NCBI GenBank assembly: GCA_946061345.1
Contig: CAMGRA010000001.1
Location: 1 to 37,695 of the forward strand
Source of the DNA: an uncultured Clostridia bacterium
GTDB lineage: Bacteria > Bacillota > Clostridia > Oscillospirales > Oscillospiraceae
Direction: 5' to 3'
Length of the DNA stretch: 37,695 nucleotides
This document shows positions 1 through 9,529 of this stretch, piece after piece. The position numbers and the translations under genes were made by a program. Position 1 is the stretch's first letter; each line of letters opens with the position of its first letter. A model generated the notes under the pieces. The model did not search any database and had not been told where the DNA came from. It saw only the letters and a program-made list of their open reading frames with translations.

Positions 1-3
1 ATG

Positions 4-55
4 CAACGCCGGTACGGCGTTGAAAACCGATTGAAATGAATATTTTAATCGGTTT
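4..55 (-). terminator. Two tandem hairpins downstream of the PAP2 gene; probable terminator
   Basis: caacgcc/ggcgttg stem (4-22) and aaaccgattgaaat/attttaatcggttt stem (24-55), directly after the stop of 72..770(-). Confidence 0.55.
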
Positions 56-71
56 CTAGTATCACACATTG

Positions 72-770
72 TTACAGAATCTTGCACAACCGGGTATTCA
101 TGAACTTATCGTTGATCCGTTCCACGACCTTGGGCAGCTTGGTAAAACGCGCCACAAACCAGCCGATCTCCGCCACAGCGATGCCGGACACCACATCCGG
201 CAGAACGTGCTGCTTGGTGTGGAGGGTGGAGAGGAAGACCAGAACGGAGCCGATCACGCACAGCGTACAGGTCAGGCCCTTATGCCGGAGCTTTTTGCAC
301 TCGAACATATACCGCGTTCCCAGCCACGCCACGAAGCAGTGAATCGAGGGGAACAGGTTGGTGGGCGTATCGATCCAGTAGATGAAGCGCATGAGGAAGG
401 GGATGAAGCCGGTGCCCTCCACCTCCGGGCGGACGTTGGTGGTCGGCAGGAAGGCAAAGAAGAAAAAGCAGATGAGCTTGGCGACAAAATCCGCCGCCGC
501 AAGCTGATATGCTTTTTCAGGGCTTTCCCGCGCCACGGTGGTATACTGATAGGTCCAGAAGATGAAGGTTCCTATGTAGACCAGCACCCAGGTCGGGTGA
601 AAGGCAAAGCAGCTGTCCCACGGTGTCGTTATGTCAATGACCCGGTCTATGCCGGCGATGAGCTGGATCAGTTTGTTTCCCTGATAGGCGAAAAGATTCA
701 TAAGTCCTGTCAGGATCAGAGGGAAAATGGCGTAGGTTGGGATGATCTTTCGCAGAGTGCGTCGAACCAT
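72..770 (-). CDS. PAP2-superfamily membrane phosphatase/phosphotransferase
   Basis: Multi-TM protein with PAP2-type motifs TTNVRP, NLFPSIHC and HTKQHVLPDV; RBS GAGGTG upstream. Confidence 0.85.
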   Translation of the reverse strand: MVRRTLRKIIPTYAIFPLILTGLMNLFAYQGNKLIQLIAGIDRVIDITTPWDSCFAFHPTWVLVYIGTFIFWTYQYTTVARESPEKAYQLAAADFVAKLICFFFFAFLPTTNVRPEVEGTGFIPFLMRFIYWIDTPTNLFPSIHCFVAWLGTRYMFECKKLRHKGLTCTLCVIGSVLVFLSTLHTKQHVLPDVVSGIAVAEIGWFVARFTKLPKVVERINDKFMNTRLCKIL

Positions 771-796
771 GGAAAATCACCTCGAATCATTGGGCC

Positions 797-825
797 ATTA
801 TACCCGCTTTTCTCCATAAAGTCAA
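797..825 (-). promoter_or_regulatory. sigmaA-type promoter of the PAP2 gene
   Basis: TTGACT-17 nt-TATAAT on the minus strand. Confidence 0.7.
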
Positions 826-1248
826 CTATTCTTTCGGCTCACGGAAGGCGAAGAACCGCTGCCCCAGGTAGTTGAGGCCGACAAACAGGCACATTCCCGT
901 CAGCATGGCGATGTTGTCCCGCAGGGAATCTCCCACACCGGACAGGATCGCCTCCATCAGCTTCTGCGCGACGCCGTAGGCCAGGAAATAGCAGACGGCG
1001 ATATTGAGAGCGAAGCGGAACACTACTTTCCAGCCGCCACCCTGATACTTGAAGGTGAAATAGCGGTTGAGAAAGTAGCTCATAACGCTGGCAAGAAAGT
1101 AGCTGACGGCGGTGGAGGGCCAGTAGCCCCAATGGACCAGATTGTAGAGCAGGAACATGAGGCCGTTGCCCACCAGAGTGTTGAGCACGCCCACCAGCAG
1201 GAATTTCCACAGTTTTTCGTCAAAAAGCGCTTTGATTTTTTCTTTCAT
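826..1248 (-). CDS. GtrA family membrane protein (lipid-linked sugar translocation)
   Basis: 140 aa, four TM segments, KFLLVGVLNT, SYFLNRYFTFK and NYLGQRFFAF typical of GtrA. Confidence 0.88.
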   Translation of the reverse strand: MKEKIKALFDEKLWKFLLVGVLNTLVGNGLMFLLYNLVHWGYWPSTAVSYFLASVMSYFLNRYFTFKYQGGGWKVVFRFALNIAVCYFLAYGVAQKLMEAILSGVGDSLRDNIAMLTGMCLFVGLNYLGQRFFAFREPKE

Positions 1249-1691
1249 TTTTCATCCCCCCAACATGTCCAGACAGTTCCGTCGCTGCTGACAGTAAAGA
1301 TCGGTTCTCCGTCGGAACTGACAAAGCGAAATGTCACCTTTGCTGAAGCGCCGCAGTGACTTCCTATGTCTGCTGCCACGGTCACGGCGTCGGACAGGTA
1401 GGTCTCCGGCGCTAAATCGTCGCAGTAGACCTCCTTGCCGTAGGACAGGGCACCGGCATAGCTGATGGTGGTGGCCTGGGTCATGGTCAGGGTGCCTTCG
1501 CTGTATTCACAGGTAAAGGACGGCCAGAGAGGCGCGATATAGGCCTCCACGTCGGTCTGCAGGGTGGCCGCTTCCGAGTCGCTGCTTTCCATGGAACTGT
1601 AGATGTCATAAAACCGCAGGACCAGGAAAATACTGACGGCGATCAGGATCGCCAGAACGACCAGGGTTGCGGCAATGAGCCCTTTTTTCAT
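1245..1691 (-). CDS. Hypothetical membrane-anchored protein (148 aa)
   Basis: Start reassigned to MKKGLIAATLVV at 1691 (RBS-like GGCGGTGA); N-terminal TM segment then an acidic domain; stop overlaps the gtrA start (ATGA). Confidence 0.7.
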   Translation of the reverse strand: MKKGLIAATLVVLAILIAVSIFLVLRFYDIYSSMESSDSEAATLQTDVEAYIAPLWPSFTCEYSEGTLTMTQATTISYAGALSYGKEVYCDDLAPETYLSDAVTVAADIGSHCGASAKVTFRFVSSDGEPIFTVSSDGTVWTCWGDEK

Positions 1692-1778
1692 TATAATCAC
1701 CGCCTGTATTTTAGCGCATCCGAATAAAAAAGTAAAGCCCTGTTGCTGTTGAGCAGGGCGGAGTAAGGAGCCATAACA

Positions 1779-2063
1779 ATGGGTAAGATCGTTTTGGTTT
1801 ATCTGTTGACGATAAACACAGCAGCGTTTCTGACGATGTTTTTGGATAAGCGTTTTGCGGTCCACGGCCAGTGGCGTATCCCGGAAAGGACGCTGCTTTT
1901 GCTTGCTGCCCTCGGCGGGAGCCTGGGAGGCTGTCTCGCCATGCGGCTGTTTCGCCACAAGACGCGCCACCGCCGCTTTTCCGTCGGCTTTCCGCTGCTT
2001 GTGCTGATCCATGCTGCGGCACTGGTTTTGCTCGTCTATTTCGGATATTTGCAATGGACGTGA
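1779..2063 (+). CDS. DUF1294 family small membrane protein
   Basis: DKRFA...WRIPERTLLLLAALGGSLG...FRHKTRH signature; RBS AAGGAG. Confidence 0.9.
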   Translation: MGKIVLVYLLTINTAAFLTMFLDKRFAVHGQWRIPERTLLLLAALGGSLGGCLAMRLFRHKTRHRRFSVGFPLLVLIHAAALVLLVYFGYLQWT

Positions 2064-2067
2064 TGCC

Positions 2068-2271
2068 CTACTTCTTTTTCAGCTTGTGCTTGGCCCCATC
2101 GGGGGTGACGATATAGGTGTTGTCCAACTGGGCATTAAGGCTCTTGCGAAAGGCGGCGAGGTATTCCTGCCGCAGCGTGTCGCGCTCTTTCACCTCATCC
2201 TCCGTCAGCCCAACGGTTTTGGCCTTGCGCGCCAGCTCGTTGATCCGCGGGATCATCTCTTCCATCGTCAT
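2068..2271 (-). CDS. DUF896 (YnzC/UPF0291) family protein
   Basis: RINELARKAKTVGLTEDEVKERDTLRQEYLAAFRKSL signature; start placed after RBS GGGAG, exact Met uncertain. Confidence 0.88.
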   Translation of the reverse strand: MTMEEMIPRINELARKAKTVGLTEDEVKERDTLRQEYLAAFRKSLNAQLDNTYIVTPDGAKHKLKKK

Positions 2272-2290
2272 TTTCATCATCTCCCAGGAC

Positions 2291-2319
2291 ATCATAGCGG
2301 ATTTTGCCGCCGGTGTCAA
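2291..2319 (-). promoter_or_regulatory. sigmaA-type promoter of the DUF896 gene
   Basis: TTGACA-17 nt-TATGAT on the minus strand. Confidence 0.7.
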
Positions 2320-2327
2320 GAATTCGC

Positions 2328-2356
2328 TTGCCTGAAGGACAGCCTTGGGGTATAAT
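2328..2356 (+). promoter_or_regulatory. sigmaA-type promoter of the flavoprotein pair, back-to-back with the DUF896 promoter
   Basis: TTGCCT-17 nt-TATAAT. Confidence 0.65.
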
Positions 2357-2396
2357 GGTATTTATCAGAATTTGCGATTTATTTGGAGGCTCTTAC

Positions 2397-3599
2397 ATGA
2401 GAGTAATGATCATCGGCGGCGGCGCGTCTGGCATGATGGCGGCGCTGACGGCGTCGGAAAACGGGGAAAACCATGTCCTCCTGCTGGAGCGGCAGGCCCG
2501 TGTGGGGAGAAAGCTTCTTGCAACGGGCAACGGCCGCTGCAATCTGAGCAATCTGAATTTATCTGCGGACCATTACCATGGCCGGGCACCGGAATTCTGC
2601 CGCTATGCCCTGAAAGAATTCGGTGTGGAATCTACCCTGGCGTTTTTTTACGGCCTGGGACTGCTGACTACGGCGGAGGAGAGCGGACGTATCTATCCCC
2701 GCAGCGACAGCGCCAACAGCGTAGTCGACGTGCTGCGCCTGACTTTGGAGCAGCGGGCCAACGTGGAGATCGTCACAGGCTGCGAGGTTTCGGAGCTGCG
2801 GCGGAAAAAAGGAGAATTCTTCGCCCTTTCCGGAGAAAGCAGCTACAGTGCCGACCGGCTCATCGTTTGCGCCGGCGGCGCGGCAGGGGGAAAGCTGGGC
2901 GGCACGGACCTGGGCTACCGGCTGCTTGCTTCCTTTGGTCATAGTAAGACAAAGCTATACCCAGCCCTTGTCCAGCTCCGCACGGATACGACCTACGTCC
3001 GCTCCTTAAAAGGTGTGCGCTGTGTGGCCCTGGCCCGCTATGGCGGACGAGAGCGCGTCGGCGAGGTGCAGTTTACGGACTACGGTGTCAGCGGCCCGCT
3101 GATTTTCGAGCTGTCCCGGGAGGCTGCCTTCTGCTGCGGCAGCGGAGAGCTGCTGCTGGACCTGCTGCCGGAAACGACCGAGGAAGAACTGTGCATGATG
3201 CTGCGCTCACGCTGCGAAAACCTGCCCGGCCTGAAATGTGAGGACCTGCTGACGGGGATGCTCCACAACCGCCTGGGAAGGACCCTCCTGCGTTTCTGCG
3301 GGTGCTCCCTGGAAACGCCCTGCGGAGCGCTGTCTGCCCCGCAGCGCGAGAGGATCGCCCACGGGGTCAAGCACTTTGCGCTGCCTGTTTTGGGAGCTAT
3401 GGGCCTGGAGGGCGCGCAGGTGACGGCAGGCGGCGTCCGAACGGAAGAATTTTTTGATACAACGCTGGAAAGTAAACTTTGCCCCGGCCTTTACGCGGCG
3501 GGGGAAGTCCTGGATATCGACGGCGACTGCGGCGGCTACAATCTGCAGTGGGCCTGGTCATCGGGACGTCTGGCGGGAGAACTGAGGAGGAGCCTATGA
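2397..3599 (+). CDS. HI0933/BaiN-family NAD(P)/FAD-dependent oxidoreductase
   Basis: IIGGGASGMMAA, GRKLLATGNGRCNLSN, AQVTAGGV and GEVLDIDGDCGGYNLQWAWSSG motifs; RBS GGAGG before ATG 2397. Confidence 0.93.
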   Translation: MRVMIIGGGASGMMAALTASENGENHVLLLERQARVGRKLLATGNGRCNLSNLNLSADHYHGRAPEFCRYALKEFGVESTLAFFYGLGLLTTAEESGRIYPRSDSANSVVDVLRLTLEQRANVEIVTGCEVSELRRKKGEFFALSGESSYSADRLIVCAGGAAGGKLGGTDLGYRLLASFGHSKTKLYPALVQLRTDTTYVRSLKGVRCVALARYGGRERVGEVQFTDYGVSGPLIFELSREAAFCCGSGELLLDLLPETTEEELCMMLRSRCENLPGLKCEDLLTGMLHNRLGRTLLRFCGCSLETPCGALSAPQRERIAHGVKHFALPVLGAMGLEGAQVTAGGVRTEEFFDTTLESKLCPGLYAAGEVLDIDGDCGGYNLQWAWSSGRLAGELRRSL

Positions 3600-5179
3600 T
3601 ACGGATAAGGGACCTGACCCTGCCGCCGGAGCACGACCAGAACGCCCTGCTCTATCTGGCGGCCCAGGCGCTGCACGTGCGAGCGTCGGACATCACCGCG
3701 CTGACCATCTTCCGCCGTTCTCTGGACGCGCGGAAAAAGCCCCTTCTGCGCTGGGTCTACACGGTGGATCTGAAGCTGCGCAGCGGCGAGGGAAAGCTGC
3801 TGCGGCAAAACCGCAGCAGCAAGATCAGCAAGGCCGAGCCCTATTACTACCATATCCCGAAAAAAACCTCGGACAAGCGCCCGGTGGTCGTAGGCTTCGG
3901 CCCTGCCGGGATGTTTGCCGCGCTGGTCCTTGCCGGAGCCGGGCTGCGGCCCATCGTCCTCGAGCGTGGTGAGTGCGCCCGGGAGCGGCAAAAGAAGGTG
4001 GAGCGCTTTTGGCGCGACGGCGTGCTGGACCCGGAGAGCAACGTCCAGTTTGGTGAGGGCGGTGCCGGGACCTTTTCCGACGGCAAGCTGAACACCGGCA
4101 CGAAAAATGAACGGGGCCGCTGGGTCCTGGAGCAGTTTGTCCGCTTTGGTGCGCAGGAGGAAGTTTTATATGATGCCAAGCCCCATGTGGGCACGGACGT
4201 TTTGTTTCATGTGGTGCAGAATCTGCGCAGCCGGGTCTGCGAGCTGGGCGGCGAGGTGCGGTTTGGCGCACGTCTGACGGCCCTTTTGAAGGACGGCGAT
4301 GTCCTGACGGGCGTGGAATATGTACAAAACGGCCAGGCTCAGCGGCTGGATTGCAGCCAGGTCATTCTGGCCATCGGCCACAGCGCCCGGGATACCTTCC
4401 GCTATCTGCACGAAAGCGGTGTCCCCATGGAACCCAAGCCTTTTTCCATGGGCGTGCGCATTGAACATGAACAGGAACTGATCGATCGGGCACAATACGG
4501 CGCGCCGAGGACTGAGGGGATTCCTCCTGCGGACTACAAGCTGTCGGTCCATCTGCCTGACGGAAGCTCCGCTTACACCTTCTGTATGTGCCCCGGCGGT
4601 CATGTGGTGGCGGCTGCCTCCCAGACCGGCGGCGTCGTCACCAACGGCATGAGCTATGCCGCCCGCGACGGAAAAAATGCCAATGCCGCCCTGCTTGTGA
4701 CCCTGAAGCCGGAGGATTTTCCCTATGAGGGAGCTTTGGGCGGAATGTTGTGGCAGGAGGAGATCGAGCGGAGGGCCTACGAGGTCAGCGGCAGTTACCG
4801 GGCACCCGCCCAGACCGTCGGTGATTTCCTGGCGGGGAAGGCCACTGAACAGCTTTCCTGCGTGGAGCCGACCTACCGTCCCGGCGTCGTCCTGTGCGAC
4901 CTGCACGACGTTCTGCCGGAGAAGCTGACCAAAACGCTGGAGCAGGCGATTTCCGCCCTGGACGGGATGCTCAAGGGCTTTGCAGACCCCGGGGCGCTTC
5001 TGACCGCGCCGGAGACCAGAAGCTCGTCTCCCGTGCGCATCCTGCGCGGAGAGGACCTGCAAAGCGCTGTGCGCGGCCTTTATCCCTGCGGAGAGGGCGC
5101 GGGCTATGCCGGCGGTATCCTGTCGGCGGCTGTGGACGGGATGCTCTGCGCCGAAGCGGTGCTGCGGGACGTGATTTGA
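3596..5179 (+). CDS. Uncharacterised FAD-dependent oxidoreductase
   Basis: VVGFGPAGMFAA, NVQFGEGGAGTFSDGKL, TFCMCPGG, ETRSSSPVRI and GEGAGYAGGI motifs; ATGA overlap with the upstream gene. Confidence 0.92.
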   Translation: MIRIRDLTLPPEHDQNALLYLAAQALHVRASDITALTIFRRSLDARKKPLLRWVYTVDLKLRSGEGKLLRQNRSSKISKAEPYYYHIPKKTSDKRPVVVGFGPAGMFAALVLAGAGLRPIVLERGECARERQKKVERFWRDGVLDPESNVQFGEGGAGTFSDGKLNTGTKNERGRWVLEQFVRFGAQEEVLYDAKPHVGTDVLFHVVQNLRSRVCELGGEVRFGARLTALLKDGDVLTGVEYVQNGQAQRLDCSQVILAIGHSARDTFRYLHESGVPMEPKPFSMGVRIEHEQELIDRAQYGAPRTEGIPPADYKLSVHLPDGSSAYTFCMCPGGHVVAAASQTGGVVTNGMSYAARDGKNANAALLVTLKPEDFPYEGALGGMLWQEEIERRAYEVSGSYRAPAQTVGDFLAGKATEQLSCVEPTYRPGVVLCDLHDVLPEKLTKTLEQAISALDGMLKGFADPGALLTAPETRSSSPVRILRGEDLQSAVRGLYPCGEGAGYAGGILSAAVDGMLCAEAVLRDVI

Positions 5180-5187
5180 TTTTATGG

Positions 5188-5216
5188 TTGCGATTTATCC
5201 GTAGCTGTAGTAAAAT
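5188..5216 (+). promoter_or_regulatory. Probable sigmaA promoter of the hypothetical-recD2-comF-mreB-deacetylase run
   Basis: TTGCGA-17 nt-TAAAAT. Confidence 0.5.
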
Positions 5217-5268
5217 AACATCGGAACAATCTGCGATCCGGAACATAAACTGGGTTGAGGTGATTGTC

Positions 5269-5622
5269 ATGGTGCTTTCGCTGCTGATCGGGGCGCTTTC
5301 GGTCTGTGGGTTGTTTTTAATCCTGTGGACTCTGTTTGACACCCTGCTGATGCCGCCGTCAGAGGAGGATTCCTTTCACATTTACCGTCTGCGCGGGGAT
5401 GCCTCCGCCGCACAGCAATTGGTAAAGTCCTGCCTTCGGGTACGGGAGCATCGGGGAATGCGCGGCAGTCTGCTGTTTGTGGACGACGGCCTGGACGCCG
5501 AAGCCCAAATCGCCGTTGGTATGCTGCTGCGGGGACAGACGGGGGCGCATCTTTGCGCGAAGTCACAGATCGTGGATTTTCTGCAATGGGAGAGAGAAAA
5601 CGTTGGAGCAGGAACTGATTAG
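5269..5622 (+). CDS. Hypothetical protein with N-terminal TM helix (117 aa)
   Basis: RBS GAGGTG then ATG 5269 (MVLSLLIGALSV); fills the gap before recD2 and overlaps its start. Confidence 0.7.
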   Translation: MVLSLLIGALSVCGLFLILWTLFDTLLMPPSEEDSFHIYRLRGDASAAQQLVKSCLRVREHRGMRGSLLFVDDGLDAEAQIAVGMLLRGQTGAHLCAKSQIVDFLQWERENVGAGTD

Positions 5623-7804
5623 CGGTACCATCACTGCGGTGTTGTTTCAGAATCAGGAAAACGGCTATGCGGTCATAAAACTGGATAGCGAGGACGGCGC
5701 GAAGATCACTGTCGTCGGGACCGTCCCCGTGCCCATTGTGGGAGAGCGACTCATCGTCACGGGAAAGTGGACCACCCACAGCGCCTACGGAAAGCAATTC
5801 GAGGCGGAGTTTTTGGAGCGGCTGCTGCCGGACACGGTGGCAGACATCCGTGCCTATCTGTCCTCCCGCGCCGTCCGGGGTATCGGCCCGAAAACGGCGG
5901 AAAAGATCGTGGCGAAATTCGGGGAGGACAGCCTGAAGATACTGGACAGTGAGCCGGAGCGGCTGGCGGAGATCAGCGGGATCTCCATGAAGGCTGCGCT
6001 GGAAATGGGTGCTTCGTTCCGGCGGCAGGTGGGTATCCGCCGCCTGATCGAATTTTTGTCGGCCTACCGCATTCAGGCGGAGATCGCCGTGCGCCTCTAC
6101 CGCGTTTACGGCGACGGCGCTATGGAGCGTCTCCGCGACAATCCCTATCTCTTGACGCTGCCTCAGTTCGGCGCGGCCTTTGCCGCCGCCGATACGCTGG
6201 CGCTGGAGCTGGGGTTTGACGGCGATGATGATCGCCGGGTGGAGGCGGCGGTCATTTTTGAACTGCGGTATAACCTCAACAACGGCCACACCTTTTTGCC
6301 CCTGGACAAGCTGACGGAAGCGACGGCTGCGTTGCTGGAGCTGGACGGGGCGACGATCCGTGCCGCCCTGGAGCGGCTGACAGAGCTGGGCCGAGTGGAG
6401 CTTGATGAGATCGCGGGCCTGACGGCGGTCTATCTGCCGGAGTATTATGAGGCCGAGTGCGAGATCACCGAGCGCGTTTGCCGCATGGCCTCGGCAGCGC
6501 CGACAGTCCTGCGCCACGCAGAGGCCGCCGTTGCCTCTGTGGAGGCGGAAAACAACATCACCTACGCCGAGCAGCAGAAGCAGGCCATCCGCCTGGCTGC
6601 GGAGCGAAAGATCATGATCCTGACCGGCGGACCCGGTACAGGCAAGACCACAACACTGGCGGGGATCTTGTCCCTTTTTGACCGGCTGGAGCGAAAAACA
6701 CTTCTGGCCGCGCCCACGGGACGGGCCGCAAAACGTCTGGCGGAGCTGACTGGCCATGATGCGTCCACCATCCACCGCCTTTTGGAAACGCAGATATCTC
6801 CCGAGAACGGCGAGATGTATTTTCAGCGCGACGAGAGCCAGCCCCTGGACTGCGACGCGCTGATCGTCGATGAGATGTCCATGGTGGACGTGCTCCTGAT
6901 GCACAGCCTGCTCAAAGCCCTGCCGGAGCAGGCAAGCCTGATTCTGGTCGGCGACCCGGACCAGCTTCCGTCCGTGGGAGCGGGGAATCTCTTTGCCGAC
7001 CTGATCCGCAGCGGTTCGGTGCCGACAGTCGCTCTGACGGAGATTTTCCGCCAGGCCAGAGAGAGCCTCATTGTCATGAACGCCCACGCGGTCAACCAGG
7101 GCCAGTTGCCCGTTCTGACCGCCAAGGACCGGGACTTCTTCTTCATGCGCAGACGCGCGCCGGAGGCCGTGGTGCAGACCATTGCCGAGCTTTGCGCCAA
7201 GCGTTTGCCGGAGAATATGGGGATCCCCTCGTCGGAGATCCAGGTCATCAGCCCGACAAGAAAGGGGGAGACCGGGACCGTCCGGCTCAATCAGGCGCTG
7301 CAGGCGGCCCTCAATCCGCCGCAGCCGGGAAAAAAGGAAAAAATTTGCGGCGAAATTTGCTTCCGGGAGGGGGACCGGGTGATGCAAATTCGCAACAACT
7401 ATGATATAATGTGGAAAAAGGTCGGCGGCGGTGCCGGAAACGGCATCTTCAACGGCGACATCGGCACGATTTTGGAAATCGACCCCCAGGAGGATGCCAT
7501 CCGTATCCGCTTTGATGACCGCGAGGTGCTCTACGATTCGGACATGCTGCCGGAGCTGGAGCTTGCCTACGCCATCACCGCCCATAAAAGTCAGGGCAGC
7601 GAATACCGCGCGGTGATCTTCGTCACCTATGCAGGAGCGCCCATGCTTCTGACAAGGGGCGTCCTCTACACTGCCATTACCCGCGCACGTGAACTGCTGA
7701 TCCTCATCGGCAACGAGGAGATCGTGGCCCAGATGACCCAGAATAATCGCCGCAACAAGCGCTACAGCGGACTTCGTCTGCGTCTTGTGGAGCGGATGTC
7801 ATGA
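5603..7804 (+). CDS. recD2: ATP-dependent RecD2 (RecD-like) DNA helicase
   Basis: Walker A TGGPGTGKTT, APTGRAAKRL, IVDEMSMVD, VGDPDQLPSVGAG, AYAITAHKSQGSE; HhH GIGPKTA; TTG start inferred at 5603. Confidence 0.93.
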   Translation: MEQELISGTITAVLFQNQENGYAVIKLDSEDGAKITVVGTVPVPIVGERLIVTGKWTTHSAYGKQFEAEFLERLLPDTVADIRAYLSSRAVRGIGPKTAEKIVAKFGEDSLKILDSEPERLAEISGISMKAALEMGASFRRQVGIRRLIEFLSAYRIQAEIAVRLYRVYGDGAMERLRDNPYLLTLPQFGAAFAAADTLALELGFDGDDDRRVEAAVIFELRYNLNNGHTFLPLDKLTEATAALLELDGATIRAALERLTELGRVELDEIAGLTAVYLPEYYEAECEITERVCRMASAAPTVLRHAEAAVASVEAENNITYAEQQKQAIRLAAERKIMILTGGPGTGKTTTLAGILSLFDRLERKTLLAAPTGRAAKRLAELTGHDASTIHRLLETQISPENGEMYFQRDESQPLDCDALIVDEMSMVDVLLMHSLLKALPEQASLILVGDPDQLPSVGAGNLFADLIRSGSVPTVALTEIFRQARESLIVMNAHAVNQGQLPVLTAKDRDFFFMRRRAPEAVVQTIAELCAKRLPENMGIPSSEIQVISPTRKGETGTVRLNQALQAALNPPQPGKKEKICGEICFREGDRVMQIRNNYDIMWKKVGGGAGNGIFNGDIGTILEIDPQEDAIRIRFDDREVLYDSDMLPELELAYAITAHKSQGSEYRAVIFVTYAGAPMLLTRGVLYTAITRARELLILIGNEEIVAQMTQNNRRNKRYSGLRLRLVERMS

Positions 7805-8472
7805 AACTTTTGGACTGGCTCCTGGATCTGATCTATCCGCCCAAATGCGTCTTTTGCGGCAGGCTTCTGCAAAGCGGCGAGACCGATTTGTGCGGAAAAT
7901 GCCGGCACAGCCTTCCGAGTTTTGACGGCAGCGTTAAACGGGGAAAATTCTACCGGCAGTGCTGGCCCGTTTATACCTATGAGGGCGCGGTGGTCGATTC
8001 CATCCACCGCTTCAAATTCAGCGGAATGCAGCAATACGCGACTGCCTACGGCAGATTGATCGCCGCCATGCTGCTGCGCTCCCGGGTGGAATTTGACGTG
8101 CTGACCTGGGTGCCCATCAGCGCAAAGCGCTGCCGCAATCGGGGCTACGACCAGTCCTGGCTCATTGCAAAAACCGTTGCCGGGGAACTGAAGGTCCCCT
8201 GTGTGCGCACTCTGGAGAAGTACCGGGACAACAAGCCTCAGTCCCGACAGAAGAATGCGGCCAGCCGCGAGACCAACGTTCTTAATGTCTATCGCAGCGT
8301 CCACCCGGAGAATTTCGCGGGCAAACGGGTCCTGCTGATCGACGATATCATCACTACCGGCGCGACGCTGACCGAGTGCAGCAAGGTTTTGAGAATCGCA
8401 GGCGCCGATGAGGTGGAGTGTGCCGTTCTGGCTGCGGCCATGCTCCGGGAAAAAGAAAGAAACAGTAGGTGA
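7801..8472 (+). CDS. comF: ComF family protein (zinc ribbon plus phosphoribosyltransferase fold)
   Basis: PPKCVFC...LCGKC, RGYDQS and VLLIDDIITTGATL. Confidence 0.9.
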   Translation: MKLLDWLLDLIYPPKCVFCGRLLQSGETDLCGKCRHSLPSFDGSVKRGKFYRQCWPVYTYEGAVVDSIHRFKFSGMQQYATAYGRLIAAMLLRSRVEFDVLTWVPISAKRCRNRGYDQSWLIAKTVAGELKVPCVRTLEKYRDNKPQSRQKNAASRETNVLNVYRSVHPENFAGKRVLLIDDIITTGATLTECSKVLRIAGADEVECAVLAAAMLREKERNSR

Positions 8473-8476
8473 CAGT

Positions 8477-9508
8477 ATGTTTTTGTTTTCCAAAGACCTG
8501 GGCATTGACCTGGGCACATCCAACATTTTGATCTATGCGGCAGGAAAGGGCGTTGTGCTGCGTGAGCCTGCCGTGATCGCTCTGGATAAGAATACGGGAA
8601 AGGTCCTGCAGGTGGGCGCTGCGGCGCGGAATATGCTGGGCCGAACGCCGGGCAATGTGGCGGCAATCCACCCCATGCAGGACGGCGTGATTTCCGACTA
8701 TGAGCTGACGGCACGGATGCTCACGGAGATGCTCCGTGGTGTCTTGAAGCACGCAGTGGTCAAGCCTCGTATGATCGTCTGCGTTCCCAGCGGCGTCACT
8801 GAGGTCGAGGAGCGTGCTGTCATCCAGGCGGCAACGGAGGCCGGTGCGCGGCGGGTCTACCTGATCGAGGAACCGCTGGCTGCTGCCCTTGGTGCCAATC
8901 TTGACATCAGCGCGCCGGAGGGCCGTATGGTGGTGGACATCGGCGGCGGTACAACGGACATCGGTGTTCTGAGCATGAACGGTGTAGCCACCTCCGCTTC
9001 CATCAAGGTGGCGGGCATCGCCTTTGACGAAGCCATCGTCAAATACGTGCGCAAGCATTATGGTCTGGTCATCGGCAGCAATACCGCCGAAGATGTGAAG
9101 ATATCCATCGGCTGCGTTTGGCAGAGGCCGGAGACTCTCTCCATGAGCGTCAAGGGCAGAGATCTGAAAACCGGTCTTGCCAGAGAGATCGTCCTTTCTT
9201 CCGATGAGATCGTCGAATCACTGAAACGTCCTGCCCGCCTGATCACCGACAAGGTGCTGGACGTACTGGAGCTGACTACGCCGGAGCTGGTAGCGGACAT
9301 CTCCCAAAACGGCATCGTTCTCACCGGCGGCGGCAGCCAGATCTACGGCATGGACCTGCTGCTGCAGGAGCGGACAGGCATCCGCTGTATGCTGGCCGAC
9401 GACGCCGATTCCTGCGTCGCCTATGGCTGCGGAAAGAGCTTGGCGTGGATGAACCATATGCAGGAGGATACCATCAATATCGCGCGCCGCAGACTTTTGA
9501 AAGAGTAA
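8477..9508 (+). CDS. mreB: Rod shape-determining protein, MreB/Mbl family
   Basis: GIDLGTSN, EEPLAAALGA, VDIGGGTTD and LTGGG actin-fold motifs; no mreC/mreD next to it, so probably a paralogue. Confidence 0.88.
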   Translation: MFLFSKDLGIDLGTSNILIYAAGKGVVLREPAVIALDKNTGKVLQVGAAARNMLGRTPGNVAAIHPMQDGVISDYELTARMLTEMLRGVLKHAVVKPRMIVCVPSGVTEVEERAVIQAATEAGARRVYLIEEPLAAALGANLDISAPEGRMVVDIGGGTTDIGVLSMNGVATSASIKVAGIAFDEAIVKYVRKHYGLVIGSNTAEDVKISIGCVWQRPETLSMSVKGRDLKTGLAREIVLSSDEIVESLKRPARLITDKVLDVLELTTPELVADISQNGIVLTGGGSQIYGMDLLLQERTGIRCMLADDADSCVAYGCGKSLAWMNHMQEDTINIARRRLLKE

Positions 9509-9529
9509 ATAATAAGGGAGGCGAGATCA

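Noticed and set aside
1692-2054. N-terminal extension of ORF 1245..2054
   Set aside because: Overlaps the DUF1294 gene on the other strand; a better start with RBS and TM segment lies at 1691.
5222-5246. CGGAACA direct repeat as a LexA box upstream of recD2
   Set aside because: Does not form the GAAC-N4-GTTC palindrome of Firmicute SOS boxes.
5267-7585. 772-aa ORF antisense to recD2, and similar long antisense ORFs (23531..25240, 16203..17549, 21723..22934, 30221..31345, 32977..34131, 36107..37222)
   Set aside because: Shadow frames opposite well-supported genes, expected from GC-rich codon bias; no recognisable motifs.
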